24,000 bases of DNA, from assembly GCA_021827995.1 (NCBI GenBank), contig JAKATK010000014.1:10888-34887 (forward strand), in the 5' to 3' direction. Position 1 is the stretch's first letter. Every line of letters starts with the position of its first letter. Both the position numbers and the translations under genes were made by a program. The notes below the pieces were generated by a model that was not told the DNA's origin, made no database searches, and saw only the letters and a list, made by a program, of their open reading frames with translations. Positions 16,100 to 23,583 of the stretch are shown here, in pieces. Source of the DNA: Candidatus Micrarchaeota archaeon. Lineage in GTDB: Archaea > Micrarchaeota > Micrarchaeia > Micrarchaeales > Micrarchaeaceae.

Positions 16100-17209
16100 G
16101 TGGACACGCTGAGAAACGGTCACATAGGCATGGCGATGCCAAAGGGCACGCTCGGCTTGGCTCCAGAGGAAGCGCTCTACCTAATGGACGTGCGTAATGC
16201 CGAGTGCACTGATTCTAAGACAGGTAACAGGCTCGCCTTCAACGACGTCGCGGCCCGCTTTGTGCACGTGAGCAAGTTCATGGCCAGGTACTTCACGTAC
16301 AAGGACTGGCGCGATCGAGGCCTCATAATAAAGGCGCCGAGCGAAGGCCGCACCGGAGAAGCAGGCAGGCACCTGCCGACGAAAAGGTATCCGAGGGCTG
16401 AGCTGCGCCTGAACGGATACAAACTGCGCGGCGTGTTCTTCCCCGAGGATATGACAACAGTAGTGGACGACATGGATGCCGGCAGGTCTGTGTATCTCGA
16501 CCACTGGTTCGGCCAGTACGGCACGTACAAGCTCGGCGACCACGGCGTGCTCAACAAGCTCGACATATACGAGACCGTCTTCCTCATGGGCGAGGGCGTC
16601 CTGAGCGTTGACAGCGCCACGCGCGGCGACATAGTCGACATCGCCACTAGGCGCCGCTCCGACTTCCAGAAGCTCTACGACGTGTACAGCGACTGGCGCA
16701 GCAAGGGCTACGTCGTCAAGACTGGTTTCAAGTTCGGGACGCACTTCAGGGTGTACTTCCCTGGCGCACGACCGGTCAAGGACGACAACTGGGTGCACTC
16801 GAAGCACGTGCTGCACGTCTTCCCTCGTGACGTGAAGCTGCTGACCGCGGAATGGGCCAGGGTCATAAGGGTTGCCCACTCGGTGCGGAAGACGTTCATA
16901 CTGGCGATACCTGGCAAGAGCAGGGTGAAGAAGGTCGGCATCGACTTCGTACTCTACCACAGGAAGGGCGGCGGTATAGAGGTGCCAGGCACCGATAGCC
17001 CCAGATTCGCCATGCTGTCGCTCAGCGAGGACGAGTACATAGGCGGCGCAGAGCTTTCCGCTGTGATAAACGAGGCTAAGGCTCGAAGGCTAGAGCTCAT
17101 AATTGCAATAGCCGACAGGGAGACCTCCGTAACGTACTACAAGGTGCGCAGGATCGAGCTGCCGAAGAGCAGCTACGAGTACTACGAGATCGACTGGATG
17201 CAGCCGTAG
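16100..17209 (+). CDS. endA: tRNA-splicing endonuclease, apparent three-unit (alphaN-alpha-betaC, epsilon2-like) architecture
   Basis: Catalytic unit GYVVKTGFKFGTHFRVY...HSKHVLHVF...VAHSVRKTFILAI has the Tyr/His/Lys triad. It is preceded by a partial N-terminal unit (LAPEEALYLMD...YKDWRDRGLIIK) and followed by a C-terminal structural-type unit (RLELIIAIADRETSVTYYKVRRIELP). GTG 16100 is the track start; ATG 16130 or 16136 are possible. Confidence 0.85.
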   Translation: MDTLRNGHIGMAMPKGTLGLAPEEALYLMDVRNAECTDSKTGNRLAFNDVAARFVHVSKFMARYFTYKDWRDRGLIIKAPSEGRTGEAGRHLPTKRYPRAELRLNGYKLRGVFFPEDMTTVVDDMDAGRSVYLDHWFGQYGTYKLGDHGVLNKLDIYETVFLMGEGVLSVDSATRGDIVDIATRRRSDFQKLYDVYSDWRSKGYVVKTGFKFGTHFRVYFPGARPVKDDNWVHSKHVLHVFPRDVKLLTAEWARVIRVAHSVRKTFILAIPGKSRVKKVGIDFVLYHRKGGGIEVPGTDSPRFAMLSLSEDEYIGGAELSAVINEAKARRLELIIAIADRETSVTYYKVRRIELPKSSYEYYEIDWMQP

Positions 17210-17219
17210 GTCGGTTCAC

Positions 17220-18077
17220 ATGCTCGGCTGGCTGCTCGCGCCACTGGTCGCGGTTATCGCGTACACGATCTCTGACACGCTGGTCAAGACGCCGTCAGAG
17301 GATTACGGCGTGGTACCTACGGCGATATGGATTGGTGTCCTGTCGGCGCTGATACTCGCGCTCTACCTGCCGTTCGCCGGTCCGGAGGCCATAAACGCGG
17401 CCACGGTCGTCTACGCGGCGATAATAGCCGTGTGCTTCGGCGCAGGCGCCGTCATGATTTTCACCGCGCTGAAGACCGAGCAGGTGTCGAACGTCATGGC
17501 GCTGGTCGAGCTCGCGTACGTTGTCGTGGTCCTGTACGGCGGTCTAGCGCTGCATGAGGATGTCACCGCTTGGCAGTGGTCAGCCATAGTGCTGGTGCTG
17601 TTCGGCACGCTCCTGGTCAGCACCACGGAGAAGTTCAAGTTCGACAGGACGTTCGGCCTGGTGATAATCGGTCAGCTGCTGTGGGGCGTTTGGTACATAC
17701 CGTTCGATTACGCCACTGCGGCCAGCGGCGGTTTCGTGATGCCCCTGTTTCTCGCTTCCGTCATGTCGTCGCTGTTTTTCATAGCGTACTATCTGCTAAG
17801 CAGGAGGTCGGCGCCTAGCGCGACCGGGCGCGCAGTAACGGCCAGGATGATCGCGATAGTCATAATCGTTGGCGCGACCTACGGCATAGGGCTCCTTTTC
17901 TTCGGCTATCTGATCACAGTGAACATCGTAGCAATCGGCGCAGCGATAATAGCATCTGAGCCAGCGTTCATTATACTGCTAGGCAGGCTTTTCTACAAGG
18001 ACAGATTCGCCGCCCACCAGGTTCTTGGCTTCGCCCTGATAATATCCGGCGCGGTGGCCCTGAGCATTCTCGCCTGA
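17220..18077 (+). CDS. EamA/DMT-family transporter
   Basis: 285 aa, about 10 hydrophobic helices arranged as two similar halves. No soluble domain. Confidence 0.7.
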   Translation: MLGWLLAPLVAVIAYTISDTLVKTPSEDYGVVPTAIWIGVLSALILALYLPFAGPEAINAATVVYAAIIAVCFGAGAVMIFTALKTEQVSNVMALVELAYVVVVLYGGLALHEDVTAWQWSAIVLVLFGTLLVSTTEKFKFDRTFGLVIIGQLLWGVWYIPFDYATAASGGFVMPLFLASVMSSLFFIAYYLLSRRSAPSATGRAVTARMIAIVIIVGATYGIGLLFFGYLITVNIVAIGAAIIASEPAFIILLGRLFYKDRFAAHQVLGFALIISGAVALSILA

Positions 18078-18157
18078 AAACAAGGCCGCGTGCTGTCGTT
18101 TAGAATTTTCGCTTCGCGCTGCGGCGAAACCACGCTACGACGTCAGATCTCTAAACT

Positions 18158-18167
18158 GATAAATATC
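18158..18167 (+). promoter_or_regulatory. Candidate TATA box (GATAAATATC) for the DapA-like/UbiD/UbiA operon
   Basis: Only A/T-rich box in the 132-nt gap after the EamA gene, about 45 nt upstream of ATG 18210. Confidence 0.3.
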
Positions 18168-18209
18168 TTGCGTGGCATAAGATATCACTGCATCTATCTG
18201 GGTCTTTTC

Positions 18210-19196
18210 ATGGAGTATACAAAGAGCGAAGCCAAAGCTTGGGCCCGCGAAAAGCTCGTGGGGCAGTGGACCACAATGGTCACACCGTTCACTAAGGACG
18301 ACCGGCTGGACGAGGCCGGACTAAAGCGTAACGTAGAGCATGTGCTCTCGCTCGGCACCAAGGGTCTCGGCTTCTCGTGGAACATGGGCGAGTTCTGGAG
18401 CCTGACCCGCGAGGAGCGGCTAAGGCTCATGGACATCGTACCAGAACTGGTCAATGGCAGGGCGATGACAGCCTTCCAGGTTACGAGCACCTCGCTCAAC
18501 GAGGTGATCGAGCTCTCTGAAAGAGCCAGGCAGCGCGGGTTTGATTTCGTAATAGTCGCTGCACCGTTCATAATGACAAAGACAGAGGAGCAAGTCATTG
18601 ACTTCGTCAGGCGCGTCTCTGAGCGCACCGATATCGGCATAGCATTCTACAACTCCCCCCAGTTCGGCATAACAATTTCTGCAAAGGGTCTCTCGCGCAT
18701 TGCCGACATACCAAGCGTCATCGCGATAAAGGAGGCGAGCTTCAACACGCAGATATCGATAGACACGCACCTGCTGGCAGGAGGCAAGGCGGTAGTTAGC
18801 GTGCCTGACGAGGAGATATTCCTGTACGAGCAGTACTACGGCTTCCACCAGCAGGTCATGTTCGCCAACACCAGCGACTGGCGCTTTGACACGAAGAGCA
18901 GGCACGAGTACGTCAAGTTCATAGACGCAGCTACGACTGGCAACCAAGAGAAGGCACGTGATTTATACGAGAAGGTGAAGCCGATAAAGATGGTTTCTAG
19001 AAAATGGTGGTCGCAGACCGCGGCGAAGACTGGCGGCGCCCTGCCCGTGCAGATGGTGAAGTGCTGGGGCGAGCTGATGGGCATGGCAGGTGGTGCCGTG
19101 AGGCCGCCGGTGATACCGTTCTCAGAGGAAGACAGGGCCGCGCTCAAGGAAGACCTGGCAAGGCTCGGCCTCGTGGAACAATCGGTCATAGAATGA
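18210..19196 (+). CDS. DapA/NAL-family class I (Schiff-base) aldolase-type enzyme
   Basis: Family motifs MVTPF, SWNMGEFWSLTREER (GxxGE), FYNSP (catalytic Tyr) and IAIKEAS (Schiff-base Lys). ATG 18210 (MEYTKSE) is preferred; the track extension from 18090 is Arg/Cys/Ile-rich and covers the promoter region. Confidence 0.85.
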   Translation: MEYTKSEAKAWAREKLVGQWTTMVTPFTKDDRLDEAGLKRNVEHVLSLGTKGLGFSWNMGEFWSLTREERLRLMDIVPELVNGRAMTAFQVTSTSLNEVIELSERARQRGFDFVIVAAPFIMTKTEEQVIDFVRRVSERTDIGIAFYNSPQFGITISAKGLSRIADIPSVIAIKEASFNTQISIDTHLLAGGKAVVSVPDEEIFLYEQYYGFHQQVMFANTSDWRFDTKSRHEYVKFIDAATTGNQEKARDLYEKVKPIKMVSRKWWSQTAAKTGGALPVQMVKCWGELMGMAGGAVRPPVIPFSEEDRAALKEDLARLGLVEQSVIE

Positions 19197-20602
19197 TAGC
19201 TGACCTTAGGGGATACCTGGGCTATTTGTCTTCTAAGAGCAGGCTCGTTGAGGTGTCTGAAAGGGTCAGCACCGACCTGGAGATATCGGCCATGACAAGC
19301 ATAGCCGGCAAGGAATCCCCCCACCACAGCAAATCGCTACTATTCAAGAACGTTGAAGGCTACGATATGCCCGTGGCTACGAACCTGTTCGGTTCGGTCG
19401 ACACAATCAGCGAACTCTTCAGCGATGCGCGCATACCAGAATTGATCACCGGTATAATGCACCCGAAGGGAGGAGCGGGCAACATGCTGAGAGGCGCGAA
19501 GGTGCTCATAGACTCGATGCCGAAGGTAGCGGGCTTCAGCAGCAGGAACTATGACAGGTTAAGCAGCCTGGACGAGCTGCCTATAATAAAGGCATGGCCG
19601 AAAGATGCCGGCAGGTTCATAACCTTGCCGTTGGTGATAACCAAGGGCCAGGACGGCTCTACGAACGTCGGCATTTACCGCATGCAGGTCTTCGATGACA
19701 TGACCACAGGCATGCACTGGCAGGCGCAGAAGGGCGGCGCGATACATGCCCACGATGCGCGGCAGGCAGGCAAGACCATGCCAGTGTCTGTTACGATAGG
19801 CACGGACCCGTTCAACATGGTATCGGCTGCCACGCCGCTGCCGCAGGGCATAAACGAGTTCGCCTTCGCAGGAATGGCCAGGCGCTCCCGCACGCAGCTC
19901 GTCAAGAACGGTGACTACCCACCTGTGCCAGCGAACTCAGAGATAATCCTGTACGGCGAGGTCGACCCGTCGGAGAAGCGCGTCGAGGGGCCGTTCGGCG
20001 ACCACACCGGCTATTACTCTATACCGGAGCCTGCAAACGTGTTCCACATAAAGGAGATATACGCCAAGAAGAATGCCGTCTACGCCGCCAGCGTAGTCGG
20101 GCACCCGTGGCACGAGGACGCGTCGATAGGCCTGTTCATGATGGACTACCTAAAGCCAATGGTGAGCATGGTCAACGACAGCATAACCGACATCTACCTG
20201 CCGCCAGAGGGCCTGTTCACGCACGTCTGCTTCATAAAGGTCAACAAGAGGTTCCCGGGAGAGGCCAGGAAGGCGATGTTCACAGTGCTCGGTCTTGGCC
20301 AGCTCTCGTTCGTCAAGATGGTCGTCGCATTCGACGATGACATAGACATAAGGGATTACGGCAGCGTGCTGTGGGCCATGGCCAGCAGGGTCGAGCCTGG
20401 GCGTGACATACAGATAATAAATGGCGCGCCGACGGACACGCTCGATCACACGGCCAATATGCCCGCATATGGCTCGAAGGTGCTAATAGACGCAACCAAG
20501 AAGAGCGCCGGCGAGGGCTACGCCAGGGAGTGGCCCGACACCATAGCTATGACCAAGGAAGTGCTGGAATCTGCGGAGAGAAAATGGCGAAAGTCAAGAT
20601 AG
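19193..20602 (+). CDS. UbiD-family (prFMN-dependent) decarboxylase
   Basis: MIADLRGYLGYL..., ITLPLVITK, GIYRMQV and EGPFGDHTGYYS signatures. ATG 19193 overlaps the upstream TGA (ATGA). Confidence 0.9.
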   Translation: MIADLRGYLGYLSSKSRLVEVSERVSTDLEISAMTSIAGKESPHHSKSLLFKNVEGYDMPVATNLFGSVDTISELFSDARIPELITGIMHPKGGAGNMLRGAKVLIDSMPKVAGFSSRNYDRLSSLDELPIIKAWPKDAGRFITLPLVITKGQDGSTNVGIYRMQVFDDMTTGMHWQAQKGGAIHAHDARQAGKTMPVSVTIGTDPFNMVSAATPLPQGINEFAFAGMARRSRTQLVKNGDYPPVPANSEIILYGEVDPSEKRVEGPFGDHTGYYSIPEPANVFHIKEIYAKKNAVYAASVVGHPWHEDASIGLFMMDYLKPMVSMVNDSITDIYLPPEGLFTHVCFIKVNKRFPGEARKAMFTVLGLGQLSFVKMVVAFDDDIDIRDYGSVLWAMASRVEPGRDIQIINGAPTDTLDHTANMPAYGSKVLIDATKKSAGEGYAREWPDTIAMTKEVLESAERKWRKSR

Positions 20603-21444
20603 CCGCTGTGCTGGCCGGTCTGTTCAGGCCCTGGCTTATCGCGTACAACCTGTCGTTCGTCTACATAGGCGTGCTCTTCGCGCATGGCATAACGCTCTAC
20701 GCCTTCGCGCTCGTCACCATCGCATTCATGGCCGCACGGCTGTCCGCGCTGCTGATGAACAGGTACGTGGACCGCGAACTGGACCTGAGGAACCCGAAGA
20801 AGCGGCACAGCGATCCAAGCCTCGCCGTACCAAGGAACACGCTACTGTACGCGTTCGCGCTTTTATCCGCGCTGTTCGTTTTCTGCGCGTACCTTCTCAA
20901 CACGCTGGCGCTGCTCCTGTCGCCAATCGTTATTGCGCTCTTCATCATAGACCCGATGCTCAAAACCAGGACTAGCAGCAGGCACTTCAGCGTTGGCGCG
21001 ATAGAGAGCATATCGCCTCTAGCCGGTTACATAGGGATAACAGGCACGTTCCCGGCGGCGCTGCCGCTCTACCTCCTTGTCGTCGGCATGATCCTTGTCG
21101 GCGGTGGCTTCGACGCGCTCTACGCCGTAGTCCACGCAGACTTCGACAGGAGCAACGGCATCAAGACCTATGCAGTCAAGTATGGTGTCGACAAGGCGCT
21201 TCGCATATCGATGGTAAGCCACGTGATCGCGATCGCGTTCATTATACTGTTCGCCTTGTCGAGCGGTTCCTTCGCCATCCTGATCGGTTCTATCGGCGCC
21301 TCAGCGATACTGCTATCGGAGCATTCTGGCATCAAGGGTGCCAACGATGCGGATTTCATGAAGCGGTTCAATATCTACAACCCGGCATTGGCCGTCGTAA
21401 TACTGGCTTCTGTGTTCGCATGGTGGTTCATGACGCTCGCATGA
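20584..21444 (+). CDS. UbiA-family aromatic prenyltransferase (UbiD-associated subfamily)
   Basis: About 8-9 TM helices. First Asp-rich motif ARLSALLMNRYVDRELDLRNP (NxxxDxxxD), second in FDALYAVVHADFDRSNG. ATG 20584 lies 19 nt inside the UbiD gene. Confidence 0.85.
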   Translation: MAKVKIAAVLAGLFRPWLIAYNLSFVYIGVLFAHGITLYAFALVTIAFMAARLSALLMNRYVDRELDLRNPKKRHSDPSLAVPRNTLLYAFALLSALFVFCAYLLNTLALLLSPIVIALFIIDPMLKTRTSSRHFSVGAIESISPLAGYIGITGTFPAALPLYLLVVGMILVGGGFDALYAVVHADFDRSNGIKTYAVKYGVDKALRISMVSHVIAIAFIILFALSSGSFAILIGSIGASAILLSEHSGIKGANDADFMKRFNIYNPALAVVILASVFAWWFMTLA

Positions 21445-21462
21445 GCTCCATTGCGAAAGCGA

Positions 21463-21472
21463 TTTATTAAAT
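21463..21472 (+). promoter_or_regulatory. Candidate TATA box (TTTATTAAAT) for the HIT gene, implying a leaderless or near-leaderless mRNA
   Basis: The box ends about 18 nt before ATG 21490, so the expected TSS falls at or next to the start codon. Confidence 0.35.
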
Positions 21473-21489
21473 GCAAATAGAGTGTGCGC

Positions 21490-21957
21490 ATGGCTGTAGA
21501 CAGAGGCGTTGCTAAGAAGGGTGCCGGCGCGTGCGTTTTCTGCGACGTCATAGCGCTAAGGGTCAATTCCCATATGGTGTACGAGGACGAGGTAGCCGTT
21601 GCTATACTCGATGCCAGCCCTCTGTTCAAGGGCCACACTCTCCTTTTACCGAGGTCGCACACCGAGGACCTGTACGCCCTGGGCGAAGGCTCGGCCGCGA
21701 GGTACTTCGCCGACTTGAGGACCTTATCCAGGGCGGTGCAAACTGCCATGGGTGCAGACGGCACCTTCGTGGCGCTTAACAACAGAGTCAGCCAGAGCGT
21801 GCCGCATATGCATTTCCACATAGTCCCGCGGAGATTCAACGACGGGTTGCGCGGCTTCTTCTGGCCGAGGACATCGTACGCCAGCGAAGCAGAGGCCGAT
21901 GAGGTGGCCGGTCGGATCAGGCGCGCCGCGATGGAGCTGGCCGCAGGCAGAACCTAG
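21490..21957 (+). CDS. HIT (histidine triad) family nucleotide hydrolase/transferase
   Basis: CVFCDVIA N-terminal motif and the histidine triad VPHMHFHIVPR. Confidence 0.9.
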   Translation: MAVDRGVAKKGAGACVFCDVIALRVNSHMVYEDEVAVAILDASPLFKGHTLLLPRSHTEDLYALGEGSAARYFADLRTLSRAVQTAMGADGTFVALNNRVSQSVPHMHFHIVPRRFNDGLRGFFWPRTSYASEAEADEVAGRIRRAAMELAAGRT

Positions 21958-22003
21958 AACGCGAAAGCGGTGAGAGCACTTGGAAGCGAGGCGCAATTCA
22001 ACG

Positions 22004-23257
22004 ATGCTCTCTTGGGTGTCAGACCTGCGGGCGGAGCTCAGCCTGTCAAGACAGGAGGTCGCCATATTCGCGGCCAAGGCCCTCAGGGTCTTCGCGTACT
22101 CGTTCATCAGCATAGTCCTGCCGGTCTACCTGCTCGAGCTGGGCTACCCCGTGCTTGTAGTCGGTGTCATCTCCTCGCTCGCTATAGGCAGCGCGGCAGC
22201 CTACAACCTGGTAGCCAGCAGATACGCGGACATTTTCGGTCGCAGAAAACTTCTCGTGATACTGGCGCTGTTGACAGCCGTTTCAGGGGTCATGTTCGCA
22301 ACTGGCTCTGGAATCGCAGCTTTCGTACTAGCGGCCATTGTGGGCCCGATAAGCGCGACAGGCACCGAGACCGGGCCGTTCATGAACGTAGAGACCGCGG
22401 CCCTCACGAAATTCTGCAGCGACAGCAACAGGACGATCACATTCAGCGCCTACAACTTCGTCGGCTATATCGCGCTGTCCCTCGGAGCGCTGTTCAGCGG
22501 GCTGCCATCGCTGCTGTCCGACTCGATAGGCAGCCTCAGGGTCATGCTATACGCGTACGCGGCCATAATGCTGGTGCTAGCCCTCATCTACCACAGGCTC
22601 GGCAACTCGCTGGAGCTAGAAGCTAAGAACCGCGGCGCAAAGAGACTTAGCGCAGAGGCCAGGGGCAGGATACTGCACCTGGCGGCGCTGTTCTCGCTAG
22701 ACGCGTTCGGCGGCGGCTTCGTTGTGCAGACGATACTCACAGCGTGGTTCTACAGCGTCTGGCACCTCAACCTCGGTTCGCTGGCCCTCGTATTCTTCAT
22801 CTCGGGCGCGATAACCGCCGCGTCGATATTCATGGCGGCCAAGGTAGCGAAGCGCATAGGCCTGCTGAACACTATGGTGTTCACCCACGCACCGTCATCG
22901 CTCTTCCTCATAGCGATCCCGTTCGCGCCTTCAGCCATCGCTGCGGTCGTGCTCCTCTTCCTCAGGCAGTCCATATCGCAAATGGACGTGCCAGCAAGGC
23001 AGTCGTACACTATGGCCATAGTCAGGCCTGAAGAGCGCGTCGCCGCCGGCAGCCTAACTAACACGCCGAGAGCAGTGGCCCAGGCCGTGGGCCCGAGCAT
23101 AGCTTCGTACATGCTGCAGTTTGCGGCCACCACGCTGCCGTTCGTTGTCGGTGGCACAATGAAGATCACCTACGACGCGCTAGTATTTCTGAGGTTCAGG
23201 CATGTGAAGCCGCCGGAGGAAGTCAGGGATTCGCGCGGAGCGGCAAAAAAGATATAA
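22004..23257 (+). CDS. MFS transporter
   Basis: About 12 TM helices and MFS motif A between TM2 and TM3 (YADIFGRRKLL). ATG 22004 is preferred over TTG 21980. Confidence 0.8.
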   Translation: MLSWVSDLRAELSLSRQEVAIFAAKALRVFAYSFISIVLPVYLLELGYPVLVVGVISSLAIGSAAAYNLVASRYADIFGRRKLLVILALLTAVSGVMFATGSGIAAFVLAAIVGPISATGTETGPFMNVETAALTKFCSDSNRTITFSAYNFVGYIALSLGALFSGLPSLLSDSIGSLRVMLYAYAAIMLVLALIYHRLGNSLELEAKNRGAKRLSAEARGRILHLAALFSLDAFGGGFVVQTILTAWFYSVWHLNLGSLALVFFISGAITAASIFMAAKVAKRIGLLNTMVFTHAPSSLFLIAIPFAPSAIAAVVLLFLRQSISQMDVPARQSYTMAIVRPEERVAAGSLTNTPRAVAQAVGPSIASYMLQFAATTLPFVVGGTMKITYDALVFLRFRHVKPPEEVRDSRGAAKKI

Positions 23258-23262
23258 ATATA
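23252..23262 (+). promoter_or_regulatory. Candidate TATA box (ATATAAATATA) for TRAM-like module B
   Basis: A/T box straddling the MFS stop codon, about 40 nt upstream of ATG 23297. GAGGTG lies 5-10 nt before the ATG. Confidence 0.35.
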
Positions 23263-23296
23263 TGGCAGAAATAGCGCTATCCATAGAGGTGCGGCC

Positions 23297-23572
23297 ATGC
23301 CGGCAAAGAAGGGTGGAGCAGGCGAGGAGACTGGTGCCAGCATGCACCTTGCGATCGACGAATCCGAGGAGGCCGTGCAGGTGGGCGACGAACTGGATGT
23401 CAGGATAGAGCGCGTGCTGAGCAGCGGACAGGGCCAGGCCAGCATCAAGGACAATGACGGCTACCCGTATCTTATATTCGTTAGGGGCAGGAAGCTGAAG
23501 ATGGGCGAGGTTGTGAAGGTTTCCATAGTGAGGACGAGGGGTGGCGTTGCAGAGGCTGTCGCGCTCTCCTGA
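23297..23572 (+). CDS. Small TRAM-like beta-barrel protein (module B)
   Basis: VQVGDELDVRIERVLSSGQGQASIKDNDGYPYLIFVRGRKLKMGEVVKVSIVRTRGGVAEAVAL matches the standalone archaeal TRAM pattern (GDGIARv.GfvIFV.G.k.Gd.V.V.I..v....A.A). Confidence 0.65.
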   Translation: MPAKKGGAGEETGASMHLAIDESEEAVQVGDELDVRIERVLSSGQGQASIKDNDGYPYLIFVRGRKLKMGEVVKVSIVRTRGGVAEAVALS

Positions 23573-23583
23573 CCGGTGTTCTA

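Noticed and set aside
18090-18209. 40-codon N-terminal extension of the DapA-like ORF in the track
   Set aside because: The extension has no similarity to the family and covers the only TATA-like box. The family alignment begins at MEYTKSE (ATG 18210).
19004-19192. 63-codon N-terminal extension of the UbiD ORF in the track
   Set aside because: It lies inside the DapA-like gene in another frame and is Arg/Gly-rich. ATG 19193 forms a classic ATGA coupling with the upstream stop, and UbiD homology starts there.
21970-22626. 218-aa plus-strand ORF overlapping the MFS gene in another frame
   Set aside because: The Arg/Gln/Gly-rich product has no TM segments or motifs. The MFS frame shows 12 helices and motif A.
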